Origin: Lama guanicoe | Taxonomy: Eukaryota | DNA length: 64,000 nucleotides | Reading direction: 5' to 3' | Assembly: GCA_013239625.1 (NCBI GenBank) | Contig: MU054049.1 | Span: 1,677,892-1,741,891, forward strand | In this document: positions 12,401-26,858 of the stretch, one piece after another | Numbering within the stretch: the first letter of the stretch is position 1 | How the letters are laid out: the number at the start of each line of letters is the position of its first letter | Notes under the pieces: generated by a model | The model's input: only the letters and a program-made list of their open reading frames with translations | What the model was told of the DNA's origin: nothing | The model's database searches: none | Position numbers and translations under genes: made by a program

Positions 12401-14748
12401 ACCCTTGTCAAAATCAATTGGGCATATTTATGTGGGTCTGTCTGAGGTTTTCTATTCTTTTCCATTGATCTGTGTGTTCATCTTTCTGCCAATACCACAC
12501 ATTCTTGGCTGTGTAGCTATATAATTGTGTTGAACTTGGCTACCCTGATTCCTCTAATTTTATTCTTTTTCCAGATTGTTTTAGTTATTCTAGTTCTTTT
12601 GTCTTTTCTTGTAGATTTTAGAGTAATCTTGTCTATATCTGCAAAAAATCTTGCTGGGATTTTGTTGGGAGCTGTGTTAAGCCTGTATATAAATTTGGGG
12701 ATAAATGGCATCTTCATCATGCTGAGTCTTCCAATGCATTAACATGGTATATTTCTCCATTCACTTGGATCATCTTTGATTTTTTTTTTTAGTGTTTTGT
12801 AGTTTCAGTATACAAGTCCTGTATGTTGTTGTTAGATTTACACTGAAGTATTCCAGTTGTTTTGCATGATTGCAAATGGTATTATACCTTAAATTTTGAT
12901 GTTCATGTGTTTGTCACTGGTATGCAGAAATACAATTGATTTTTATCTATTTATCTCGTATCTTGTGAAGTTCTAACTTATGTATTAGTTCTAGGAGGGC
13001 TTTTGTTTTGTAGCTTCCTTATGATTTTCTATATAAACAAATCATGTCATATGAAAATAGGCAATATTTTTTTTTTCTTTCTGGTTCGTATCCTTTTTAT
13101 TCCCTTTTCTTGCCTTATTGCACTGGCCAGAACTTCCAGTACTATGTTGAATAGCAGTGGTAAAAAAGGTTATCTTGTCTTGTTCCTCATCTTAGGGGCA
13201 AAGCATGTAACTCTTAAGTTTGATGTTAGCTATAGACTTTTCTTGTAGGTGCTGTTTATGAAGTTGGGGAAGTTCCTCTCTTGTTTTCTGAGATTTTATC
13301 ATGAATAGATGCTGAATTTTGTCAAATACTTTTACTGTATCAATCACCACAATATAATCATGTGATTTTTCTGTAGTCCATTAATATGATTGATTACACT
13401 GATTGATTTTCAAATATTAAATGAGATTTGAATCCCTGGAATAAGCTCCACTTAGTCATGGTGTATAATTCTTTCTATATGTTGTTTAATTCTATTTGCT
13501 TGTGTATTGTTAACTGTTTTTGTATCTATACTCATGAGGGTCATTGATCTGTAGTTGGTTGGTGTGTGTGTGTGCATGTGTGTGCACACATGTGGTGCTG
13601 GTGGTGTACTGTTTTGTCTGATTTTGGTGTCAGGGTAATGCTGGATTCATAAAATGTGTTGGGAAGTATTTCCCCCTCATATTATCAGGAAGAAATTATG
13701 TAGATTGGTGTTAATTCTTCCTTAAATGCTTGGTAGATTTCTCCAATGAAACCATCTGGGCCTGGAGAATTTGGAGTGAGGGGGGAAGGTAGAGTTTTAA
13801 ACTTAGAATTTCCTTAATAATTATAAGGCTATCCAAATTATCTGTTTCATATTTGGTGCCTTGTGGTAGTTTATACATTTCAAGGGATAGGTCCATTTCA
13901 TCTATGTTGTCAAATTTATGTCTGTGGAGTTGTTTATAGTATTTCCTCATCATCCTTTTGATGTCTGCAAGGTCTAAAGTGATATCCCTATTTTATCCCT
14001 AATGGTGTGTCTTTTCTCTATTTTATTTTTCTTGCTAGAGGTTTGATTGATTTTTAAAGGGAGTCAGTTTTCTTTTCATTCATTTTCTTGCCTTTTTTTT
14101 TTCTGTTTTCAATTTCATTGATTTCTGCTCTTTGTTATTTCCTTCATCCTGCTTGTCTTGGGTTTATTTTGCTTTCTTTCCCTAGGTTCTTGTGGTGAGA
14201 ACTTACATTATTCATTTGGGTCTCTTCCTCTTTTCGAATGTTAACATTTGTGCTATACATTTCCCTCTCAACAAAGCTTTAGCTGTCTCTCACAGATTTT
14301 GATATGGCATATTTTTATTTTCATTCATTTCAATGTTTATTTGCTTTAATTTCCTTTAAGATTTCCTCTTTGACCCATGGATTATTTGGAAGGGTGTTGT
14401 TTAGTTTCCAAATGTTTAGAACTGTTCCTGTTATGTTTTTATGTTGATTCCAGCAGTCAGAGAACATATTTTATAAGATTTCAATAATTTTCATTTTGTT
14501 GAGGGAGTTTTATGACCTAGGATATGGTCGGCTTTGGCATATATGTTCCACAGACACTTGAAAAGAATGTGCATTCTGCTGTTGTTGGGTGAAGTGGTCT
14601 ATAAACATTAATTATACCTGTTGGTTGATGGTGTTAAGTTTTTCCGTATCCTTGGTGACTTTCTGTAATTCTATCAGTTATCGAGGGAGGGTTGTTGAAG
14701 TCTCCATATACACTTGTGGATTTGTCTATTTCTTCCTTCAGCACTGTT

Positions 14749-14836
14749 TTTGTTTTTTTAGTGGAGGTACTGGGGATTGAACTCAGGACCTTGTGCATAC
14801 TAAGCACACAATCTACCACTGAACTATACCTCCACC
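14749..14836 (-). mobile_element. tRNA-derived SINE, short form, inserted in L1
   Basis: Antisense A/B boxes; TSD cttccttcagcactgtt (14732-14748) vs cttcctccagctctgtt (14837-14853). Confidence 0.9.
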
Positions 14837-15814
14837 CTTCCTCCAGCTCTGTTAGTTTTTACTTCACATATTTTGTGGCATGTTTGGTAGGTAGATAGAC
14901 ATTTAACATTGCTATATCTTCTTGACAGATTGACCCTTTTGTTTAATGTAATATACCTCAACATCTCTCATAATTTTCTTTGCTCTGAAGTTTACTTAAT
15001 CTGATAATAATATAGCTACTCCTGCTTTCTTTTCATTAATATTTACTTGATATGTATTTTTCCTTTATTTTACTTTCAACCAACCTATATCATTATATTT
15101 GATGTAAGATTCTTGTAGATAGAATATAGCTCAGATGTGTTTTTCAATCTACTTCATCAATTTCTTTCAACAGAATTATTGACAAGCTGGGGTTTAACTC
15201 TGCCATTCTATTTCTTTGTTTGTTTTCTCTGTTTTTAATTTCTGTTTTTTTGATGATTGGTTGCTTTCTTTTTCCTACTTTCCTGTGGGTTATCTGAGCA
15301 TATTTTAGAATTCTGCTTTGACTTATCTATACTGTTTTTAGAGTATCTAGTTTCCATGCGTATTACATGATATACACATAATTTATCATTATTTATCAGT
15401 GTTGAAATTTTGCCCAGTGAAATGTGGAAAGTTTACCATCCTTTATATCTCTTTATTCTCCCCCATTTATAATAAGTATCTTAAAGGTGTTCTCTAATAT
15501 AAATGTAGAACCACATCAGGCAGTGTTATAATTTTTGTTTCCACAGTGAAACAGTTTTTAAAAACTCAAAAAAGAATGAAAATTTATTTACCAATATTTT
15601 TACTCTTTCTGTTGTTGTTTCTTCCTTCTTGATGTTCCAGTGTTCTTTTCTTTGTATAATTTCCTTTCTTTAGAGGGAAATTCTTTTTTTTTTAATTTAT
15701 TTTTATTTTTTAGAGGGAAATTCTTTTAGCCACTCTTTTAGGGGAGCTCTACTGAGGAAAACTTCTCTTAGTTTTTCCTTATCTGAGACTGTTTTGACTT
15801 CGCCCTTCCTTCCT

Positions 15815-15908
15815 TTTCAATTTGTTTTTTTAATGGAGTTACTGGGGATTGAACCCAGGTCCTCATGCTTGCTAAGCATACATTCTACCACTGAGCTATA
15901 CCCACCTC
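15815..15908 (-). mobile_element. tRNA-derived SINE, short form, inserted in L1
   Basis: GGGGATTGAACCCAGG...CTACCACTGAGCTATACCC; TSD 15798-15814 vs 15909-15925 (15/17). Confidence 0.9.
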
Positions 15909-17314
15909 CTTCCCCCTTCTTTCCTGAAATGTTTTTGCTATATAAAAAATTCTGGGTTGACAGTTCTTTTCTTTCAGCACTTGAATGAAGTTATGCTCTT
16001 CCTTCCAGACTTCATGGATTCTTTTGAGAATGTGATGTAATTTGAATTGTCTTTTCCCCTATTGGCAAAGTGTCATTTCTCTCTCTCTCTCTGCTTTCAA
16101 ATTTTCTTCTTTGTCCTTAGTTTTCAGAAGTTTAACTATGATATATCTTGGTATGGATTTCTTTGAATTTATCCTCTTTGGAGTTAACTAAGCTTCTTGG
16201 ATCTTTAGGTTTTATGTTTTGCCAAATTGGGATGTTTTCAATCATCATTTCTTAGAGTACTTTCCTGCCCAGCTCTTTTTCCTCTCCTTCTGAGACTCCA
16301 ATGACATGATTGTTAGATCTTTTGTCCCATAGATTCTTAAGCTCTGTTGTCACTGTTTTTAATCTCTCTGTTCAGATTGACTACTTTCCACTGTCTTATC
16401 TTCAAGTTCACTGATTCTTTTCTCTGTCCCCCATATTGTGTTGTTGGGCTAATTCACTGATCTTTTTATATTGGTTATTATATTTTTCATTCCTAAAATT
16501 TCCATTGAGTGTTCTTTATATCTTTTATTTCTTTGCTGAGACCTGGGTTTTTTATTTTGTTTCAAATGTGTTCATAAATTCTTGTTGAAGCATTTTTCTG
16601 AGGATTGACTTTAAATATTTATCACATAATTCTAACACTTCTGTCATCTCAGTGTTGGCATCCATTGATTACCTTTTTTCATTCAAGTTGAGATTTCCCT
16701 ACTTCTTGGTATGACAAGTGATTTTCTATTGAAACCTAGACATATAATGTTACAAGACTCTGGATCTTATTTAAACCTTCTGTTTCAGCTGGCTTCCTCT
16801 GACACTGCTCCAGCAGGGGAAGGGAGAGGGTGCTGCCTTGTTACAGCCAGGTGGGGAGAAAAGTCCAGGTTCCTCATGTGGCTTGTATTGCACCCTAGGG
16901 AGGATACTTTCTGTTACTGGCAGTGGGGAGTAGGAATTCAAGCTCCCCACATGGTCACTACTGATGCTATGGGTGATGGGGAGTAACTGTGGTGGTTCCC
17001 ACCCAATGAAGATGGAAGCCCCAGCTTCTATCTGACCTCATGCCTTCCCTGATACCACCAGAGGTTGAGATGCCTCATTACAGATTGGTAATGGAGAAGT
17101 CTAGGCTTCCCACTTGGCCATTGCTGGCATGGGTCGGGGAGGGTGGTTATTATCCAAAAGTTTTCTGTCTTGCTAGTCTTCCCCTTACCTGGTCCTTTGG
17201 CTAAAGAGAGAAAGCTTCAGTTGGGCTTTTTTCTGTCTATACTTGTTTGTGTTTTTATGTTGCTAGCTACTTCATCTTCAAGTCTGGGATATTTTAAGTA
17301 CAATAGAAAACTCA

Positions 17315-17710
17315 GTTATTTGTTTCTTAGGGCTGTCATAACAAAATACCACAGACTGAGTGATGCAAACAACTGAAGCATATTTCTCACAGTTCTGGAG
17401 GCTAGAAGTCCAAGATCAAGGTGTTAGTTAGCAGGACTGGTTTCTCCTGAGGCCTCTCTCCCTGGTTTGCAGGTGGCCACCAGCTCACTGCATCCTCATC
17501 TGGTCTATTCTCTGTGCACAGGCACTTCTGGCATCTCTTCCTCTTCTTAAAGGGACAACAGTCATATTGGTTTAGGGCCCCATCTTTATGACTTCATTTA
17601 ACCTAAATTTACTCTTTAAATGCCCTGTCTCTAAATACAGTCACATGAGGGGATTAGGGCTTCAACATATGAATTTCAAGAAGAGAGAAGGACACAATTC
17701 AGTCCGCAGT
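17315..17710 (-). mobile_element. MaLR solo LTR (MLT1A/B-like) nested in L1 5' region
   Basis: CATAACAAAATACCACAGACTG...CTCACAGTTCTGGAGGCTAGAAGTCCAAGATCAAGG...GGACACAATTCAG; similar to the 7093-7485 copy. Confidence 0.88.
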
Positions 17711-20700
17711 TTTAACCAAAGAACCTACCATCATGCTGTCTCTTGGGTCCTGAGGTCCCTAGTCATTCTGCCTTCTTCTTTCTATCTTTCATAGTTTTCT
17801 TATGTTTGTTTTAAATATAATGTCGAGGGTTTTCAGTGGGGCAAATAGGGAAAAGTCTACCTGATCTCCCTGGAAGCAGAAGTTCCTCCCTCTTGAGCTC
17901 TTCAAAGAGGCTTCATAAATAAAGTCAAAGCAGTTCTGATTTGCAAGAGCCAGGTTTCACTGGGCAAGAGGTACTTTTGTTGGCATTCTCATAACCTCTA
18001 GGATCTGGAGTATAAAATTTACCCCAAAAGTCAGAGAAGAAACTGGGATATGTGATGGTAGATTTCCCTCCCAAAAGGAGATACAGTTCCTTTATCTGGG
18101 GAAGAAACATGCTCAGATGAGAGTGCCGAATGTTTAGAAGCTCTAAGCGTCTGAGAAGGGGCCCAGTGCCTGCATCTCCCTGGACCATGTGAGGCAGGAC
18201 AGTAGAAGTCTGACACAGGTCAACTTCTCAGGGAATAGACCAGAGAAGACAAGTGTCCCAGAGAGGGCTGTGTGTGTCTGTATGTGTGTGCCTGCCCAGG
18301 TGGGTATGCTGGGTTCTGCAGCCCTCCATAGGCAGAGGTGCTGTGTTCATTTCATCTTTGCTCACCTTAGTCACACTTTGTACGCTTTCAACCTCTAACA
18401 GAAGTTCCAGGGTCCTCCAAGGCCTCATGGCCTCTGGAATGTCTGCATCGCCGAAGCTGTCAACCCCCCAGGCGTGGGTGGCAGAGCAAGCTCCTCCTAT
18501 TACTCAACTCCGACTTGTACCTATTAAGCAGGGGCTCCTTGAGGAAGATTGATTTACCACATTAAACGAGCCTCCATGTGCTCGATGAGGGTGTCACAAG
18601 ACAAACGGCTCCTGCTGTGTGCCTCCAGCCCACTATCCCGTGTTTCCATTACATTTGGACCAGAGTCATGGTGGATGAGTTTAGGTGTAGTTCATTTTCT
18701 GCCTTACATGATAAACTTGTCAGCATTTGACCGATCAGCGATTTGTATGCAGGGAGTTCATTTGCAAGGCCACCTGGCATCCTAGCTCTGCTGCCCTGCT
18801 CCCATTCCACTCTGTCTAATGAGCCAGGACCCAGTTCCTGCTGGTCGTCACTGAGCTCCGGGGCCCTGCCCGACCTGCCCGCAGTGGTGATGGCTCAGCC
18901 GCCTCTCGGGGGTCTCTCTCCCCTGCTTGGAGGCGGCTGGGGCACTGATGCTCAGGAAGCTGTCCATTTTTGCTGCCAGCTTCGAGTTACCCAGCTGGGA
19001 AGGAGTGTGCCAAGCCTCGGCTCCCCCAGCCTCTGTGCTGGATAGGCCTGCTGTGGGTTTCTTGGGGGTCTGCAGCCTGCCCACTCCACACCAGCCTTAG
19101 GGTTGTTTCGTAGGCAGATACCAGGCCTGGGCTCTCAGAGTTCGCTGAGACATGGCCAGCAGGACTGAAGTGTGTGGCACCGGGGCTGCCCATAGCCCCT
19201 CGGCTGGCCTCCAGGCCCACGCCTTCCCCTGGAGGCTGGGCATCACTCATAAGCTCCGCCCACAAGTCTGGGTGTCTACTGGTCAGCCCTCAAAGCCTTT
19301 TCCAGCTCTGTTACCTCCCTCCTGATGCACTTCTCCCTTCCTCTCTGCCTGTCTTAATCTGACCCAGGCCTGGCCAAGGCCTCCCCAGGCTCTGAATTCA
19401 TGAGCCAGACCGAGCCCAGAGGACCCCCAGAATAGCATTCAGTGCAGGGTCGGGCCCTGTGGCCATGGGCAGGGACTCTACAGGAGCTGAGAGGGGCAGA
19501 GTGGGGAGCCTCGTAGAGGTAAGGAATCCATTCCCTGTCTCCATCTCTCCCCTGCCCTCCCCACCTTACCCCATCTCATGAAGCTCTGTGTCTCAAAGGT
19601 AGTAGCTTCCTGACTTTCAAGGGGCTGGCTGGGCACCTCTGGGCTCCTTCTCTAAGCTGTGTACACAGCTCTCAGCCTCACCTGTCCAGGCACACTCAAG
19701 TCCATTGCCAGCCATGGACACTTTCCTGTGGCCACCTGGGCTGGGGACCAGGGCCTGCTCTTTGTGAGCTCAAAGATGTGGAAGGAGGGGACCAGACTGG
19801 GGCTCCTGGGTCTGGACTGTCAGCGTCTGGGGTCTGGGGCAGCGGCAGGGTGACACACTATAGGGTCAGGCACTGTGCTGTAGGAGGCGGTGTATGTAGA
19901 GGTGGCCAGTCCAGCACTGGGCTCCAGAACTATGTGAGGCCAGCCTGATGGACAGAGCAGAGGGTCCTCGTCACCCTGAGCAGATGGCCAAGCTGGCATG
20001 CTCTCAGTGTGAGGCTCCCAGAGGGCAGGAGCTATCTGGGCTGCTCCCTCCCACGCCGGGCACAGGGCCGGCACTGTTAGAGGATTAAGGAAGTCGGGAG
20101 GGTTTGACCTGTAGGACTTTGATAGGCAAAGAGGGAGAAGGGCCCCCATCCAGAGTGAGCCTGCACAGAGGTGAGGGGACAAATGCGCACAGGTGTCCAG
20201 GGAGGCTCCCATGAGATCCATGCAGGCATTCAGGGGCAGTGACCCGGAGGGGCAGCAGAGGCAAACCACGGAGCCCAGGGGGTTGTGCTGAGAAGTTTGG
20301 ATTCTACCTCATGGGCAGTAGGAGCTGTTTCAGGTCGAAGAGGGTGACATGGTGACTGCATAACACTTAAGGAACAGAGGGGAGGGGAGCTTCCCCCAGG
20401 CCAAGATGGGGTCTCATTTCCCAGTAGACCCTCAGGGCATTGCTCAATGCCTTGAAGTTGATCAGACTGAGGCAGGAAAGCCCAAGAGACCATGCAGAAG
20501 GTGATGCGTCATCCTGGTCCCATAGGGATCAAAAGGGGTCTTGAACACACAGTGCTCCCCAAGCCCATATTCCAGACAAGATACAGGGAACAGATAACCC
20601 AGGGGTGGGCTGGCTTGCTGGTCAACCTCCTTCTCAGAGCAGAAGGTCTGCTGTGAAAGACCTTTCCCTTCCCCAGGATTTGCAAGAGGAAGGGGGAAGG

Positions 20701-21539
20701 GGAGGGTGGGGACTGTAGGTTCCTTTCACTCGAGGACATCTGTGGACACCTCTCATGGACCTGGAGAAATCACCTGGGCAGAGCAGAGAACAGCACAGGT
20801 GGCCTTAACATCTGAGTGCCCAGTAGGCATTGAGAAAACTGAAGGGAGGGTCTTAGGGATTGCCTCACTCGAGGCTGACTATGCCGAGAGCGGAGGACAG
20901 CCCAGAGAGGCCAGGGTGAGGCCAAGAGCTGGGAGGAGCAGACATGACTTCAAGGACCACCCCAGGCCCCTCAATGGTCTGGGGAAGGGACAGGCATATT
21001 CCGGAGGTGGTCCCGCGCTGGCAGTATCAGCTATGTATTCACTCAGCTGCCCACCGACTGAGGAAGGTGCTGCTGCGCCTGGCTCTGCCCAACAGGCAGG
21101 AACTGGTTGGTGAACAGAGGCTGTGGGGAGACCCTGAGCCTCAGGGTGTGGGAGCCATACCTGCTCCCACACATTCCCTGGACTTCAGGAAGGCAGATTC
21201 CAGATGTCTGTGAGACATGATGGGTGTATTTCTTGGCTTACAGCTCTGGAAGGAAAGAAGGCTCCAGACTGGAGGTAGGGTTCGGGGGACAGGGAAGCAG
21301 GGGGGCAGACTCTGGAAAGAGGAGTTCTGACACATTAGCCCCTGGAGGTCCAGGAGGAGAGGCAGGAGCTGAGAGGAGAGTGTGGCTGTGTAAGCAAAGG
21401 GCACAAAACTGACTAAAGGAAATAGGGGGGCTAGAACCAGGGCCACCCCAGGACCTTCTTTGATCCTGGGACAGGAGGGAACAAGAAGAGGGTCCACTGC
21501 CTTCTTGGAGGGATCTTCAGCCCCCAGAATGCTTCTGGC

Positions 21540-21990
21540 ATAAGTTAGGATTAATATGGCCACATGTGATAGATAATTCAAAATAATAGTGACTAAAAGA
21601 AAATAGAGGTTTCTTTCTCACGTATACCGGATCTGAGCCCTCCAGAGCTGATAGGTGGCTAGGGCTCTTCCCTCTTGCTGTGAGGATGTGGCCTGCATCC
21701 TCCTGGTCCAAAATGGAGGCTAGAGCTCTGGCCATCACACCTGTGTTCCAGGCAACAGGCCGGAGGAAAGGTGGGAGAAGAGCAAAGAGCACATGCTAGT
21801 TGGATTTAAGGAGGTTTCCTGGAAGCTGTCATATAGTGTTTCTAGATCTTGTTGGCAGAATTGAGACATGGTTTCCCCAAGCTGTAAGAGGCTGGGAGAT
21901 GTAGCTTTAGGTCCGCTTGTCCATGTGCCCAGCTAGAAACCAGGTGTTCTATGAATAAAGGGGGTGTGGGTATTGGAAAATGCCAGGTAA
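21540..21990 (-). mobile_element. Old MaLR LTR remnant (MLT1J/K/L-like)
   Basis: AGTTAGGATT...CAAAATGGAGGCTAGAGCTCTGGCCATCACACCTGTGTTCCAGGCA...GGCTGGGAGATGTAG resembles late MLT1 consensus (from memory). Confidence 0.6.
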
Positions 21991-22904
21991 TGCCCCTTTA
22001 CCTCCAAATAACATGCACCAAACCTTCTGGGGATGGAGGAGGCGTGTAGCCCTGCACTGCATCCAGCCCAGAGCTCAGGATATCTGGGCGATGTACAGCC
22101 CTCACCATCAGGTCCCGGTGATGGACCTGATCACATCCTGTACAGGACGGTGGAGACAGGACGCGGTCACCACACAGACCCCTGGTGGGGAGAAGAGGTA
22201 CCAGCAGCACCAGCTGTGGCCACAGTTAAGTCCCACTGGGTGGGCTTTGTGAGTCTTCGTGTGCTCAGTGGAGGAAGCTGCCTGGGGCACCCATCTGGCT
22301 GGCCCAGCTCCATTCCGGGAGGAACCCCATGCCCACTGTCCCCCCTGGGGAAGAAGTCAAGCTCGCTTGGTGACATGTCTCCTGCAACAACTCACAGCTT
22401 TTAGTCTATTTGTCCTGGTGAGTTATATGTGCCTGAAGTGGTCCCCATGGCCTCATCTGGATACAGGTTCAGGGGCAGCCTTGCCCTTCCACCTGCCCTC
22501 TGCATAGAAACAACAGCTGGGGTGATGGTGGGGGCCTGGGAGAGCAACACCCTCACTCTCTTGTTTCCAACACTCATGTGAAATTGACTAAAACTTTTGG
22601 GCAACAAGTGTTTGCAAAGCATAGTTCAGGACAAATAAACTTGCCTATGGGACAGATGTGGTCTGCAGATGCAATGTGGGGGTGCCGTTGGATGGGGGCC
22701 TTGGAGGTTCTCCTCCGGCACAGCTGGCCTGAGGGTCCATGGGGAAGGCCCCATATGACCCCCTGCTTCAAGCGGGCAGGCAGGACCAACGACTACTCAT
22801 TAGGGGGCAGAAATGGCCACAGCTGGAAGATGGGACTTTTGCAAGGATCCTGAGTGTGAGCTGGCCCCTGGGGTTAGCACAGAAGCTCAGGACAGTGAGA
22901 CTGA

Positions 22905-23348
<444 letters not shown>

Positions 23349-24930
23349 TGAAGGGGCTGGCGACATACCACAGCTGTCAGCCTCTGGACTGGCCAGAACT
23401 CCCCAGGAGTGAGTGGCCAAACCCAACTCAAGCTCCCTAACCTTCCTATGGGGTCTCTGGGTCAGACCTGGGGCTCCTTCGCCATCCCCCATCACACACA
23501 ATAAGATGAGGGCATGCCACGGACTCCCATCAAACAAGTCTTCAACACATGCAACAGGAATCCTGTCGGATGCCAGAGATGTCAGCTTTTCTGCATTTCC
23601 ATCACCCTGGCCTGGCCATTTTGACACACCTCCCTCCATCCCTCCATCCCTGAGGAGCAGGGCAGCGTAGCATCTCCACAGAAGAAAAGTCATAAAATGA
23701 AATAAGGCAATTCATATGTTTTTCATTCACACGACATCAGCCCAAAGGCAAGACATTCACTTTGGCCCGGAGAGAAATACTCCTGCAACAGGATGAAGGT
23801 TGGCCCTTTCATTCCTGTTTCCCATCCTTTTCCCCCAGCACATTGATCCTGAATCTAATCTTATTTATTTTTGAAGCCACCACGCTTTCACAATGATCGT
23901 ATTAAATAGCAGCCAACAATCTCTGTGCTTTGAGTTAGCATCGTTCACACTGATGAGCATTTATAGGCCACCTCCGGTTTTTCTCCCTCTCTGTCCCCTA
24001 GGTTCTGTGGGTTATCCTTTTTATTGGCTTGCATATTGATTCTGCTCTTTCTGATGAGTTCTCTCGCTGCTGCGCTGGCTGTTTTAGCCTCCACCAGTGG
24101 TGCTAATGGCTTGTAATCTTTCATGGAGCCGCTGTGGGAATGAAATGATATAATGGAAACACAGGACCTGAAACATAGCAAGCCTTGGTCGTGGTTTTTA
24201 AAAAGCATCATTTCCCTCCCTTTCTTTTAGCAACAGGGACAGAAAAGCCCTAATGGGTGAGTGGGCACAGCCCTCCCCTCTTGCCTCATGTGGACGACCG
24301 TGCCCACCTCTGGGCTCTTTTTCGCAGGCAGGACAGGTTATCAGGTGAGCTGGAGAAGCCAGAGAGGCTCTGCAGACCTGAACTGGAAGGACCGAGAGCA
24401 AGTCTCGGGACAGAAGAGCAGGGGCCACTGGGGAAGAGAGAAAAGAGCCTGCAAGGGATGGATCTTGGGAAAAACTACATGGGAAATGTATTTGTTTGAA
24501 GAAGGGGATGGGTAAATTTTCAGATAACGGGCACACTGTGTGAGAGACTGCGGAAGACAGCGAGTCCACTCAGAGGGGTGCTGTGGTACAGTTCCCTGGA
24601 AGAGGTCTCAGGAAAGATGTCAGTAGCTTGTTGGCATGTTTATGGATGATCTCTTCAGTGTGATGCTGTGCTGAGACGGGCTTCAAGGCAGCCCCACTTT
24701 ATTGGGGTCAAGCTTTAAGAAACAAATCTTATCTCAACATTATTTTCTCCCAGTCCTTTGGTGTATACTGTGCTTGCCCCTTTTCTGGGTCAGTCAGCTA
24801 AATACAGCCTTTGTACAGTCAGAGAAAAATTCGGAAGTTGTCCTGACAGTCCCTGTTGCCCTTTCCTAGACCTTTCCCCCCACCCCATCCTCCTATCGAT
24901 CTTGTGACCTGGGCCTGATTGGATCCATTT

Positions 24931-25038
24931 CATTAGGTCTATGTATTAACTTATTTTTAGAGGAGGTACTGGGGGTTGAACCCAGGACCTCATGCATGCT
25001 AGGCATGTGCTCTACCGTTTGAGCTATACCCTCCTCCC
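24931..25038 (-). mobile_element. tRNA-derived SINE
   Basis: Antisense SINE body; flanking direct repeat gatccattt at 24922-24930 and 25040-25048. Confidence 0.88.
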
Positions 25039-25658
25039 AGATCCATTTTAAACAAGAGCAAACTGAAGCCAGAGACTTGAAGGGTCTCGTCAAAACTCGC
25101 CTCACTGGCAGGTGGCAACTGCAGAATTGCAAGCATGGTCCCTGACTCGAAGCCCAGGCAGCAGATCATGGGGCCTCCTCTGTACGCCTTTCCTTCACTC
25201 CCACCAAGGAATACTTTATTTCTCCCTAGGAGTCTGCACATCAGCCAGATTGGATCATTATCTTTCATCACTTGTTGAACCTAATTATTGAGCACGGGGA
25301 CCATCAGACACATAAGCACACAAGGCAGACCAGGGTGGTGGCCCTGGTGTGCACTGTTGAGGGGAAACAAGGCTTACAGGAGCCGAAGGAGCTGGCCCAC
25401 AACATGGGGAGAGTTACACAGCCTCGGGGTGAACTCTTAGGGATCACTGGACTGCCTGAGCCAGGAATTCTGGGCTCCACCTTCACTGCCGGGAGCATTT
25501 GTGGGACGGAGTTTGCACAGTTTAGAGCTGTCTTGAGGCCCCTGTATTCTCAGGCTGGGACAACTGTGTGCAGCGTTCTTCTCAGGAGATGATGTGCTTT
25601 GGTGTCCCTGGGGAAGAGGTCCCACTGAGAGGCTGCGGGAGTCCAGGGGCTGGTTTGA

Positions 25659-25808
<150 letters not shown>

Positions 25809-26633
25809 TGAGTCTGGCCAGGGGCAGGGTCCAGCCCCAGCAGCCACGTGAGGCAGAGCCAGACTGCAGAGCTGCTGCCAAGCTGGGCCAAGAAAAATAT
25901 GGGTGGCCACCGGGGGGCCGCGTTAGTCTGGAAAGTATCTTTGCAAAAGATGAACATGAAAGCCAGCTTGAATGAGACATTATACGCTTTATGGGTCATG
26001 GACAGAAGGGGCAGACTGGGTAACAGGCTTAAGGCAATTAGGAAGAGGCTTGGCCAAGAAGTCTCAGCTTAAAAGGAACGTCTGCTTTGGTCCAGGGAAG
26101 CCCAGGTCAGTATCGATTGCTTGTCCGGAGTCAGGGCTGGACCACTGTTGACCCAGCACAGAGGGGAGGTCTCTGAGACACACCTCTTTCCTCCCTTGGC
26201 CTGGATCTCTCTCTCTAGCTTCCAGGCTGGCCAGGCTGAGTATTTCTCTGTCCCTTAAACACAACTGGTTCCTTCCTCCAGTCCCAATTGTGCTCATTCG
26301 CTCCTCGAATCTTCTTCCTGAATCTAAGTTCTGAATCTAAATCCATGATTTAGGAATTCTTTAGGATCACTGAAAAAAAAAAAAAAAACCCAAACCAGCC
26401 CTCAGAGGCAGAACGTCACAATTTGCTTGTTTAATTTCTTTGTGCGTTTCTTTTTTAATAGTTAGTGGTGTAGCGTGGTCCAATGGCAAAACAGGAAAAG
26501 AACAATTAGGCTTTCGGTTCAGGTGGAACTGGGTGGACTTCTGGCTCTGCTACTCACTAATTTGAGGGGCCTCCCTGAACTCGCACCTGTTCATCTGTGT
26601 CCTGGTTGGGGGGGTGCAGTTCATACCCACTGA

Positions 26634-26858
<225 letters not shown>

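Larger units (their letters stand above)
11036..17889 (-). mobile_element. Near-full-length decayed LINE-1 (L1MC/L1MD-like), antisense in CHAT intron
   Basis: T-rich strand; ORF2 remnants in ORF track (12517-12720 IYRLNTAPNKIP, 13711-13953 YYKQL..KFDNIDEMD); ORF1 and 5' UTR-like sequence to ~17890; degenerate 13-bp TSD. Confidence 0.88.
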
